From an uncultured bacterium (GTDB taxonomy: Bacteria; Fidelibacterota; Marinisomatia; Marinisomatales; UBA1611), in NCBI GenBank assembly GCA_964525185.1, contig CAZGFQ010000002.1, forward strand, positions 3,671 to 67,670: a stretch of DNA of 64,000 nucleotides. Reading direction: 5' to 3'. This document shows, in pieces, positions 1 through 8,482 of this stretch. A model generated the notes under the pieces. It worked only from the letters and a program-made list of their open reading frames with translations, searched no databases and was not told the DNA's origin. A program made the translations under genes and the position numbers. Position 1 is the first letter of the stretch; every line of letters starts with the position of its first letter.

Positions 1-1045
1 CTTCAATTTTAGCAATTTCATATTGTTGTCGGATGGTTATATAAACAGCCCTGTTTTCTTCGACGCCACTTTTTAATCGATTTCTTTGCATTTGCAACTC
101 AGGTGTATCACGAGGAGTGGGGTGTTTTTTCCTGAAAGATGTTAACCGCTCTTCTGACCGTTCAAGTTGAGTTTTTGCATCTGATTTTTGAATTTCTACA
201 AATTCACGGTTTCTTTTAGCCTCTCTATGTTGTTCATAAGAAATGAAATCTTTTACATAATTTGCAATATAATTTGCAATATTTGAAGCCAAGACTGGAT
301 CTTGCATCAAGACCGACACTGTTATAAGACCAGATATTTCTTCTCTTACAGAAATGAGATTGTCCAATTCTAAAATAGCTTCGTGGATTAATTTTGCATT
401 TGAATCTGTGCTAAAATTCCCTTTAGGTAAAAAATTAGATATCCATTTCCTTGGATTAATCAATTTTGGCTTATCTAATTCCCAAAAAGTAGCTAAGTCA
501 GATCCGTTTGGAAAATCTTGAGTTTTCCACGTTCTTTGCACAATGTCCTTTTTAAGCCTTCTACTATTTATGATATCAGGTATATTATAAGTGGGTGCGG
601 GGCCTAAACTCCCCATTCCAAACGTTTTGGCCAATCCTTGGAATTCGCCTAAAACGCCTCCTGATTGGCTAAGTTCACCAGCGGGATACATTGAAATAGT
701 TGACCTAAAATACAATGTTGCAACAAGAGAATAAATTAATCCAATTATTGTAAAAAATGATGTCAGTTTTAGGATGAATATTTTTTTGATTTTAATAATT
801 TCCCAAATAGCACCGAGATTGATTTCATCATTTTCAGTAATGAGTGGTTTCCGCTCACTTTTTATTTCATTAGAATCTGAAGATATAAACCCATATTTCT
901 TTAATTCAGCAATCCTATTCCTGAGTGTTTTTTCAGATAAATCATATATTTTAGCAATTTTACGACGTTCATTGGGATCCGAAAGTATTTCTGGGTGTTT
1001 TTTTACAATATCAGCTATTTTTTGTTCGTGTGGTGTTAATTCCAT
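1..1045 (-). CDS. Polysaccharide co-polymerase / chain-length determinant (Wzz/GumC-type), N-terminal part only (runs off the window at position 1), with an extra N-terminal winged-HTH-like domain
   Basis: Absent from the ORF track because it has no stop in the window. My reverse-complement translation from the ATG at 1045-1043 stays open to position 1: MELTPHEQKIADIVKKHPEILSDPNERRKIAKIYDLSEKTLRNRIAELKKYGFI...INLGAIWEIIKIKKIFILKLTSFFTIIGLIYSLVATLYF...RAVYITIRQQYEIAKIE. It has a Wzz-type N-terminal motif plus a TM helix and a long helical periplasmic region. The start lies 1 nt after the upstream export-gene stop. Confidence 0.7.
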   Translation of the reverse strand, partial: MELTPHEQKIADIVKKHPEILSDPNERRKIAKIYDLSEKTLRNRIAELKKYGFISSDSNEIKSERKPLITENDEINLGAIWEIIKIKKIFILKLTSFFTIIGLIYSLVATLYFRSTISMYPAGELSQSGGVLGEFQGLAKTFGMGSLGPAPTYNIPDIINSRRLKKDIVQRTWKTQDFPNGSDLATFWELDKPKLINPRKWISNFLPKGNFSTDSNAKLIHEAILELDNLISVREEISGLITVSVLMQDPVLASNIANYIANYVKDFISYEQHREAKRNREFVEIQKSDAKTQLERSEERLTSFRKKHPTPRDTPELQMQRNRLKSGVEENRAVYITIRQQYEIAKIE

Positions 1046-1046
1046 T

Positions 1047-2705
1047 TTAATTTCCTGTTGAACTTTGAATGACAACAATTAATGCAGCTACTTGGCCTAA
1101 TGCTGATAATATATCTTTTAGTACAATCCATTTATTAAATTCCAATTTTTCAGCAATAAAAATGGCATCTCCATTTTCAATTATACTATCTTTTTTGATA
1201 GGTAACCTTTGTCCAGTTCCAGCTTTTATAATATATTTTTTAGATGTAGCTGTATGGGTTAAACCACCTGCTAATTCAAGGTAATCAGAAATAGAGGAAC
1301 TGTTTTGATAAGGATATCGTCCGGGTTTCTCCACTGCACCAAGAATTTCAATATAGTTATAATTTTCAGGTATAATGATTTCATCATTTTTTGATAATTT
1401 AAATTTTAATATTGTATTTGTCTGTTCTTTGGAATTGGATTCTAATGTGCCTTTCTGGGTAACCATCCTGGCTTTAACATAAGCTTTTTCTTCTATAGAT
1501 CTATTTTCTTCTGGAATGATAAAAATTCGTTCTTTTTCTTTATCTGGGATTGATCCTATATATGAATTATTAATCATCATTTTCGTCTGATCAGCTCTTG
1601 AAGTGAAACCGCCTGCTTTCAGCAAAACATCATTCACTGTTGTAATACCAGGTTCCACTGAATAAACACCCGGGAATAAAACTTCGCCGAGGATATAGAC
1701 TATATCTTGTTTTTTATAATTCTGATTATATCGAATCATAATATGGTCTTCGGGTTGCATTTTAATATTTTGTGCTTCTTCTATTGATGTTTCGAAGGAA
1801 TATTTTTTTGTAGAGCTAGTAAACCGTGTAATATCGATTTTGTTTGGGTCTGCATCCGGACGAAGACCACCGGCCAAGTGAATTAATTCTTTTAAAGTCT
1901 CATCTGCGACAAATTCATATTGTCCGGGAATATTTATGCCACCATAAATTCCTACTAAATGTTGTTTTAGCGGGAAGATAAGAATGTCTCCTTGATTTAA
2001 AAATGGGTTATAATGGTCTATTCCGGTTGCCCCAAATTTCGCAAGATCTATTTTTAATGAATCTTGATTTCGGATAATAATTGCATTTCGAGTAGATAAT
2101 TCTGGATAAATGAGTTCAGAATCATTTTTTGATTTTGAATGGGCATCATTCTTATCATTATTATTCTCATTCAGCGATTTTTGATCTGAATTTATTTCAG
2201 TCAATAAATCTTTAAATAAATCTGAAACTCGAGTAACAGGAGTCACAGTGTAAAAACCAGGATTTTGAAGGTGCCCAATTACTTTGATTTTGAATTCGCG
2301 AATTTCAGATAAAATAATAAATACTTTTGTACTTTGGTTCATAGACTTAATAGCAGACTTCATTATGTTTATACTTGATGTTAATGAGCTATTATTGAGC
2401 TGAACTACTCCAATAGTGGGAATTAAAATTTCTCCTGTAGGTGACACTGTTAATGTATAATTACTTACATTATTACTAGAAATTATATTGACAAGAAATT
2501 GATCGCCCGGGCCGACAAGATAAATATCTGGGTCAATGGGTTTGTCAATTTTAATTTTTGTTTGAAGTTGACGCTCACTAATCATTGCTCCGTTATCCAA
2601 TGGTGATGATCCGATATTTGATTGCGCCATTCGCAAGGCATTTATATCTAATGTTTGCCCAACTAATATGGAGACAGTCCATAAACTATAGAATAAGTTT
2701 TTCAT
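1047..2705 (-). CDS. Polysaccharide export protein (Wza/SLBB-domain family), with signal peptide
   Basis: 552-aa ORF. N-terminal signal-like MKNLFYSLWTVSILVG. Poly_export-like YLVGPGDQFLVNI. Repeated SLBB-like units (G.V..PG.Y...G.T....I..AGG). Tightly coupled to the Wzz-like gene. Confidence 0.8.
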   Translation of the reverse strand: MKNLFYSLWTVSILVGQTLDINALRMAQSNIGSSPLDNGAMISERQLQTKIKIDKPIDPDIYLVGPGDQFLVNIISSNNVSNYTLTVSPTGEILIPTIGVVQLNNSSLTSSINIMKSAIKSMNQSTKVFIILSEIREFKIKVIGHLQNPGFYTVTPVTRVSDLFKDLLTEINSDQKSLNENNNDKNDAHSKSKNDSELIYPELSTRNAIIIRNQDSLKIDLAKFGATGIDHYNPFLNQGDILIFPLKQHLVGIYGGINIPGQYEFVADETLKELIHLAGGLRPDADPNKIDITRFTSSTKKYSFETSIEEAQNIKMQPEDHIMIRYNQNYKKQDIVYILGEVLFPGVYSVEPGITTVNDVLLKAGGFTSRADQTKMMINNSYIGSIPDKEKERIFIIPEENRSIEEKAYVKARMVTQKGTLESNSKEQTNTILKFKLSKNDEIIIPENYNYIEILGAVEKPGRYPYQNSSSISDYLELAGGLTHTATSKKYIIKAGTGQRLPIKKDSIIENGDAIFIAEKLEFNKWIVLKDILSALGQVAALIVVIQSSTGN

Positions 2706-3119
2706 ATTGTATTTTATTTAAGCACTTGGAATAGAAGTTTACCATATCTGATCCGACGGTAAACCGAAATTCTATTCATATAAGTCGCAACTTTCCTTAT
2801 TTTTATTTAAAAACAGACTTGTTAGCGATTATTTTCGATAGAATTCCTTTGTAGTTATGATAAATATTACATGGAAAAGAGTAACTTGTCAAAGGTTATA
2901 ATTTTACATTAATTGTTGGATTTACATTTACAAATAGATAATTAACTTTATGCCCGGGCACAATTGTAACTATATTTCAGTTAACATTGGAGATCAATAA
3001 ATATATTGAGTAGAACGATTTTAAGCTTTATTAATCATTCGCAAAATAAAATTATGACTGATTCTTGGATTGCCTTTTTGAGCCCCGTAGCTTCTGCCGT
3101 TATTTTTTGGACTAATTAA

Positions 3120-4388
3120 ATGATATCAATTAATGAAATAAGGCAGAATCCGGATAGGATAAAACAATTACTCTCTAAAAAGGGGGAGAAGGTTGATATG
3201 GATTATATTCTATCTTTGGATGCTTCACATAGAAAAATCCAATTTTCGTTAGATGAAAAACGGGCAGAACGAAACCGAGTTTCTGACGAAATTGGGCAAA
3301 TAAAGAAATCTGGCGGGCAAGCTGATGATGCTATTGCCGCAATGCGTAAAGTTGGCGATGATATCAAATCATTAGAAGATGAAGAAAGTGCTGTAAAGAA
3401 ATCGCTTTCTCACATATTACTACGATTACCAAATATGCCGCATGAATCTGTACCTGAAGGAGTAGATGAAACAGCAAATATTGAAATTAGAAAATGGGGA
3501 AAAAAACTTGATTATTCTTTTAATCCAAAGACACATACAGATTTAGGAGAATCATTAAATTTATTTGATTTTAAACGATCATCTAAATTATCTGGTTCAG
3601 GGTTCCCTCTTTATATCGGAAATGGGGCAAAACTAGAAAGGGCATTGCTTTCCTTTATGTTAGATCACCATGTTGAAGAATATGGATATACTGAAATATT
3701 CCCTCCAGTTCTACTTAGGCGATCATCCATGACCACCACGGGTCAATTACCGAAATTTGAAGAAGATATGTATCATACAAAAGTGGACGATTTATATCTT
3801 GCACCAACAGCGGAAGTCCCAGTAACGAATATTTATCAAGGTGAAATAATTGATGAAAAAGAATTGCCCATTAATTTGGTTGCATATTCTCCTTGTTTTC
3901 GACGTGAAGCAGGATCTTACGGGAAAGATACTCGTGGGCTATTAAGGGTACATCAATTTAATAAAGTCGAACTCGTGAAATTTGTTACGCCTGAATCTTC
4001 CTATAATGAATTGGAACGTTTAACTCATCAAGCTGAATCAGTGTTGCAAGCTTTAGGTTTACACTATAGAGTTTTATCTTTATCAACTGGCGATTTAAGT
4101 TTTTCGGCTGCAAAGTGTTATGATATTGAAGTATGGGCTCCAGGGGAAAGGAAATGGCTAGAAGTTAGTTCTTGTAGTAACTTTGAGTCTTTTCAAGCGC
4201 GTCGTGGTGACATACGCTATCGAAGCGAGGAAACGAGAAAAGTTGATTATTTACATACGTTAAACGGGTCTGGGGTTGCTACTCCCCGACTATTCGTTGC
4301 TTTGATAGAAACATATCAACAGGAAGATGGGTCTATTAAATTTCCAGAAGATGTGGCTCATTATTTGGGTATAAAGGAGATTCGCTGA
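3120..4388 (+). CDS. serS: Seryl-tRNA synthetase
   Basis: 422 aa. N-terminal coiled-coil arm. Class II motifs CFRREAGSYGKDTRGLLRVHQF and LNGSGVATPR. Confidence 0.95.
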   Translation: MISINEIRQNPDRIKQLLSKKGEKVDMDYILSLDASHRKIQFSLDEKRAERNRVSDEIGQIKKSGGQADDAIAAMRKVGDDIKSLEDEESAVKKSLSHILLRLPNMPHESVPEGVDETANIEIRKWGKKLDYSFNPKTHTDLGESLNLFDFKRSSKLSGSGFPLYIGNGAKLERALLSFMLDHHVEEYGYTEIFPPVLLRRSSMTTTGQLPKFEEDMYHTKVDDLYLAPTAEVPVTNIYQGEIIDEKELPINLVAYSPCFRREAGSYGKDTRGLLRVHQFNKVELVKFVTPESSYNELERLTHQAESVLQALGLHYRVLSLSTGDLSFSAAKCYDIEVWAPGERKWLEVSSCSNFESFQARRGDIRYRSEETRKVDYLHTLNGSGVATPRLFVALIETYQQEDGSIKFPEDVAHYLGIKEIR

Positions 4389-5111
4389 TTGCGGACCATT
4401 TGGATTATTTTTAATCTAATCGTTTGGACGATTATATTGGGAGGCGGGGGAGCTATTCTTTCTATATTTAGTCGACATAGTTCACGCCTCATGCATTGGG
4501 TAGCTGTAACATGGTCTAGACTTATTTTATGGGCAGGCAATATTCGTTATTCTATTTCTGGTTTAGAACTTATATCCCCCAACCAATCATACTTTTTTTC
4601 GGGTAACCATTCATCAGGATTTGATATTCCTTTAGCATATGCGACTATTCCTAATAAAATGGTTTCCATTGCCAAAATTGAGTTAAAAAAAATCCCAATA
4701 TTTTCTCAAGCACTTTCAGCTGGTGGACATATATTTGTTGATCGCAGTCGTCATGATAAAGCGATTGAATCATTAGAGAAAGCTAAACTTTCCCTTCAGG
4801 AAGATCCAAGATCTATTCTATTGTTCCCTGAAGGAACAAGATCCCTTGACGGCAACATTAAACCATTTAAAAGAGGTGGTATCGTTATGGCCATTCAAAT
4901 GGGAATACCTATTGTGCCTGTAGCTTTTTGCGGAACATATCAATTACTTACAAAAGGGAACTGGTCCCTAAAAAACACCCCAATTGAAACAGTTTTGGGT
5001 ACGCCAATACCTACAAAAAACCTTGATTTAAAAGATAGACGGAAAATTGCTGAGCGGATTCGTATAGAAGTGATTCAACTAAAACAAAATTGGGATCAAA
5101 AACACCTTTGA
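4389..5111 (+). CDS. plsC: 1-acyl-sn-glycerol-3-phosphate acyltransferase
   Basis: 240 aa. N-terminal TM helix. Acyltransferase H(X)4D motif NHSSGFD and the FPEGTRS block. TTG start directly abuts the serS stop. Confidence 0.85.
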   Translation: MRTIWIIFNLIVWTIILGGGGAILSIFSRHSSRLMHWVAVTWSRLILWAGNIRYSISGLELISPNQSYFFSGNHSSGFDIPLAYATIPNKMVSIAKIELKKIPIFSQALSAGGHIFVDRSRHDKAIESLEKAKLSLQEDPRSILLFPEGTRSLDGNIKPFKRGGIVMAIQMGIPIVPVAFCGTYQLLTKGNWSLKNTPIETVLGTPIPTKNLDLKDRRKIAERIRIEVIQLKQNWDQKHL

Positions 5112-6226
5112 TTTATTCATACCCAAAACCCGAATTAAGGTATCGCATTTTTGACCGTCCTTACATTAAGGAAAAATTCTTAATTCAAAAATGGGGATCA
5201 TTAAAAAAAGGATACATTATTTATAATCGTCATTCTGAACCCATAATGGTATTGGATCCGGGGAAAGAGAATCATCATAATGGCCCTGATTTTTTGAATG
5301 CTCAATTATTTATGGATGGTAAGAGAATTCAGGGCGATGTCGAAATTCATGTGAATGAAGCAAGTTGGATCTATCATGGGCATCATCACAATAATCGATA
5401 CAATTCTGTGGTTCTTCATGTTGTGAATCAGTATTCTCATCATCCAATTACTCCTATCCCTACTGCTAAATTGGTTGCAAATATGCAATATAAAACAAAG
5501 CCTGAATGTTTGTTAGATGATTGCAATATTTCTCGAAATGTATTTTCTTCTCTCCAAATGTTGGGTAATAAAAGATGGATAAAACATGTCGATTTATTCA
5601 AAAAAACACAAAACCATACAAAGGAATATTTTCTAGAAAAAACATTAACTATTCTCGGTTCAAAAGGAAATGAATATGCATTTCAATCTTTAAGTAAAAA
5701 AGTATTACAAGAAATAAAAGGAACTGCCACTCAAGATGAATCCATAAAAATATTTAATAAATTAAGCCAATCTTTAGAATGGAATACATGTGGAATTCGA
5801 CCAGCGAAGCATCCTACTGCTTTGATTCCGAAAGTTGCCAAATTATTTCATTTTATAATCACCGAGTTTAACTTCCTAATTCGCGATCCATTAAATTATG
5901 ATCGATTGGACAATAAAATAAAGTCTTTTGGGTTTGGAAGAGGACTTCTAACAGAATGGAAGGGAAATGTGCTTTTGCCATTTTTAGGGGCGCAGGCTAT
6001 TTTGAACAATACATTAAATGAATACATCCAATTGAAGCAGGAATGGATGGAATTGTCTCTCCCGTATACGTATGGAAAAGTTCGGCGTCAATTCGGTCAT
6101 CTTTTTCCTATGAAAGCATTGATGAATTTTTCTGTTTTACAAGGGTTTTTGGAACTTGAATCTAAATATTGTAGTAAGATGTATTGTCTCGTTTGTCCAT
6201 GTAAAAAAGGTGGAAGCCAAAATTAA
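5090..6226 (+). CDS. DUF2851 family protein (function unknown)
   Basis: Block NGPDFLNAQLFMDGKRIQGDVEIHVNEASWIYHGHHHNNRYNSVVLHVV matches my recollection of the DUF2851 signature common in Bacteroidota. Start is uncertain: TTG at 5090, or TTG at 5108 giving a TTGA overlap with the plsC stop. Confidence 0.6.
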   Translation: MGSKTPLIYSYPKPELRYRIFDRPYIKEKFLIQKWGSLKKGYIIYNRHSEPIMVLDPGKENHHNGPDFLNAQLFMDGKRIQGDVEIHVNEASWIYHGHHHNNRYNSVVLHVVNQYSHHPITPIPTAKLVANMQYKTKPECLLDDCNISRNVFSSLQMLGNKRWIKHVDLFKKTQNHTKEYFLEKTLTILGSKGNEYAFQSLSKKVLQEIKGTATQDESIKIFNKLSQSLEWNTCGIRPAKHPTALIPKVAKLFHFIITEFNFLIRDPLNYDRLDNKIKSFGFGRGLLTEWKGNVLLPFLGAQAILNNTLNEYIQLKQEWMELSLPYTYGKVRRQFGHLFPMKALMNFSVLQGFLELESKYCSKMYCLVCPCKKGGSQN

Positions 6227-6265
6227 GATAAATATGAATACTTTATTTCAGTCCATACAGCCTAT

Positions 6266-6286
6266 TGTGCTAAGGGTTATAGCACA
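6266..6286 (+). terminator. Possible stem-loop after the DUF2851 gene (tgtgcta-agggtta-tagcaca); no U-tract
   Basis: Perfect 7-bp inverted repeat with a 7-nt loop in the 95-bp gap. Not followed by a T-run, so terminator function is uncertain. Confidence 0.25.
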
Positions 6287-6321
6287 CTAACTTCCCACCC
6301 TTAAAATCGATGTAAATCACT

Positions 6322-7959
6322 TTGAATAACACCTTTACAAGAATTATCATTATTGTCGTTCTTACAATGTGGAACGTTAGTTATGGGTCTGAGCCAAAAC
6401 CTTTGGCTGTCCCCACAACAGCCAATTCAGCTGGGTCTGGTACTTCAATTACTCCTGTCAGTGTGGATGAGGCGCAAAATAGATTTCCTGCTATTCTTCA
6501 AGACATTAAACTCATTCTTACAGAAGTTCAGATTGCAGATTTTCATCATGATTCTTTGGAAGCTGCTTATAATTTGAGTCGTATATATGAGCTTCTTATG
6601 GAAGCAGATCAACTTGGTGATATGAGTATTGAGGATAAAGAAGAATTCGATCGCTTTGATAAAACATTTACGGATATTATTTCAAATAAACTTTCAACGG
6701 TTACATTGAGCAATGCTCCATTTTCTGCTGACAAGGTTAGAAATGAGTTAACGACTAAAATAGATCCATTAGAAATTGAAATGGGTGATAGTAAGTTTGT
6801 TGTTGTGGACGACAGAGATGGACACATTCCGCTTATCCGGAACAAACAAGTGGATCAATTCATTCATTATTTCACTAATAAAGGTCGCAAACAATTTGAA
6901 ATCTGGCTAGAGCGGTATCTTCATTATCAAGGATTAATTATTCCCATTTTAAAGGAGCATGAAATACCAGAAGAAATATTTGTTTTAGCCATGATAGAAT
7001 CGGGGTTAAATCCTAAAGCATATTCCCGGGCAAATGCGTCAGGAATGTGGCAATTTGTCTATGCTACGGGGAAATCCTATGGATTAGATCGAAATTGGTA
7101 TATTGATGAAAGGCGTGATCCAATTAAGGCAACTCATGCAGCTTGTGAATTTTTACTAGATTTGAATGAATCATTTGATAACTGGTATTTAACGTTAGCA
7201 GCCTATAATGCAGGGGGTGGTAGAATACGTAGAGCTACACGTACCCATCAAACATTTGATTTTTGGCAATTACATTCTTTACCAAGGGAAACACGAAATT
7301 ATATTCCATACTTTTTGGCTGCAGCAATTATTATTGCTTCACCAGAGGAATTTGGGTTTGATTTGCCCACTGTAAAGCCATTTAAGTTTGAAGAAGTTCT
7401 GTTAGATAAAAGTGCAGATTTAGCTATTTTAGCCCATTCAGCTAGAATAAAGGTTAAAACTTTGCGCCAATATAATCCGGAATTAAGACAATCTGCTTCA
7501 CCAGCAGATGGCCCTTATCTATTAAAATTACCTTTTGGGAAAAAAGAACAATTTATTGCGAATTGGTCTTCTTTATCTGATGATGAGCGGTTTGCGCCAC
7601 AATTTGTTTCCCACCGAGTAAAATATGGTGAAAGTTTATGGACTATTTCTCGCAAGTATAATGTATCTGTCCACGACATTGCATCTGTAAATAAAATTAA
7701 AAATCGACATAAAATTCGTGTCGGAAGCCGACTTAAAATTCCAGCAAAAGGTGGGCGACTTTATGCTAGCTCTCAGAATGGAGGACCTCCTGGGCATTAT
7801 AAAATGGTTTATACAGTTAGACGAGGCGATACTCTTGGACAGATTGCAGATGATCACCGGACGCAAGCGGGAAAAATTAGACGCTGGAATAATTTACGAT
7901 ATGGATCATATATCATTCATCCAGGGCAAAAATTGACCATATGGGTCAAAGAAGGATAA
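6322..7959 (+). CDS. mltD: Lytic transglycosylase (SLT domain) with two C-terminal LysM domains, MltD-like
   Basis: 545 aa with a signal peptide. SLT catalytic block MIESGLNPKAYSRANASGMWQF and AAYNAGGGR. LysM repeats HRVKYGESLWTISRKYNVSVHDIASVNKI and YTVRRGDTLGQIADDH. Confidence 0.8.
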   Translation: MNNTFTRIIIIVVLTMWNVSYGSEPKPLAVPTTANSAGSGTSITPVSVDEAQNRFPAILQDIKLILTEVQIADFHHDSLEAAYNLSRIYELLMEADQLGDMSIEDKEEFDRFDKTFTDIISNKLSTVTLSNAPFSADKVRNELTTKIDPLEIEMGDSKFVVVDDRDGHIPLIRNKQVDQFIHYFTNKGRKQFEIWLERYLHYQGLIIPILKEHEIPEEIFVLAMIESGLNPKAYSRANASGMWQFVYATGKSYGLDRNWYIDERRDPIKATHAACEFLLDLNESFDNWYLTLAAYNAGGGRIRRATRTHQTFDFWQLHSLPRETRNYIPYFLAAAIIIASPEEFGFDLPTVKPFKFEEVLLDKSADLAILAHSARIKVKTLRQYNPELRQSASPADGPYLLKLPFGKKEQFIANWSSLSDDERFAPQFVSHRVKYGESLWTISRKYNVSVHDIASVNKIKNRHKIRVGSRLKIPAKGGRLYASSQNGGPPGHYKMVYTVRRGDTLGQIADDHRTQAGKIRRWNNLRYGSYIIHPGQKLTIWVKEG

Positions 7960-7984
7960 TCTCCAAACCAAGGAGGAGTTCATC

Positions 7985-8272
7985 ATGACAAAACAAGAAA
8001 TCGTTGATATTGTTTCAAATGCTACAGGGTTAACCAAAGTAGAAACAGAAACAATTATGAACGGTGTCATGTCTACAATTGTAGACGCATTAGCCAATAA
8101 CGAACGCGTAGAATTGCGTGGGTTTGGCACGTTTGGAGTAAAACACCGAATGCCAAAAAAAGCTCGGAATCCCGGTACAGGAGAAGCGATTTATCTACCG
8201 GAAAGATATGTTCCAACTTTTAAACCTTCAAAAATGATGCGATCACGCGTAAATGAATTAATAAACAAGTAA
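7985..8272 (+). CDS. HU/IHF family DNA-binding protein
   Basis: 95 aa. Motif VELRGFGTFGVKHRMPKKARNPGTGEAIYLPERYVPTFKPS is the canonical HU/IHF arm. Strong SD AGGAGG sits upstream. Confidence 0.9.
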   Translation: MTKQEIVDIVSNATGLTKVETETIMNGVMSTIVDALANNERVELRGFGTFGVKHRMPKKARNPGTGEAIYLPERYVPTFKPSKMMRSRVNELINK

Positions 8273-8284
8273 AAGAGGAAATTT

Positions 8285-8380
8285 ATGCCCTGCGGAAAAA
8301 AACGCAAAAAGCGCAAAATGAATACCCATAAACGGAAAAAACGTTTACGCGCTAATAGACATAAGAAAAAGAACAAATAA
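8285..8380 (+). CDS. 31-aa highly basic peptide, bS22 / AURKAIP1-COX24-like small ribosomal protein candidate
   Basis: Not in the ORF track (too short). atg..taa translates to MPCGKKRKKRKMNTHKRKKRLRANRHKKKNK. SD AGAGGA lies 6 nt upstream. Located 12 nt after the HU/IHF gene and followed by a hairpin. Confidence 0.55.
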   Translation: MPCGKKRKKRKMNTHKRKKRLRANRHKKKNK

Positions 8381-8399
8381 TCGTTCTTCCATTTGAGGG

Positions 8400-8430
8400 T
8401 GCGACTCATTTACTATGGGTCGCATTTCCT
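8400..8430 (+). terminator. Possible rho-independent terminator after the basic-peptide ORF
   Basis: tgcgac-13 nt loop-gtcgca followed by tttcctt. The stem is short, so confidence is weak. Confidence 0.3.
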
Positions 8431-8482
8431 TCAAGTATAACAGAATTTTTTTGATCATCCATCATAATCTGTAATTTCCCCT

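Noticed and set aside
774-1061. 95-aa plus-strand ORF (MNIFLILIISQIAPRLISSF...)
   Set aside because: It lies entirely antisense to the well-supported Wzz-like gene. The sequence is low-complexity and Ile/Ser/Phe-rich, as is typical of the reverse frame of an AT-rich coding region.
1069-1284. 71-aa plus-strand ORF inside the wza-like gene
   Set aside because: Antisense shadow ORF of a 552-aa gene that has clear family motifs. It has no RBS and no recognisable domain.
2706-3119. T-box riboswitch or small RNA gene (tRNA, SRP RNA) upstream of serS
   Set aside because: I found no T-box consensus (AAnnAGGGTGGnACCnCG), no specifier/antiterminator architecture, and no tRNA-like GTTCGAATC T-arm by eye. 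The region is simply AT-rich. A covariance-model scan would be needed to exclude it fully.
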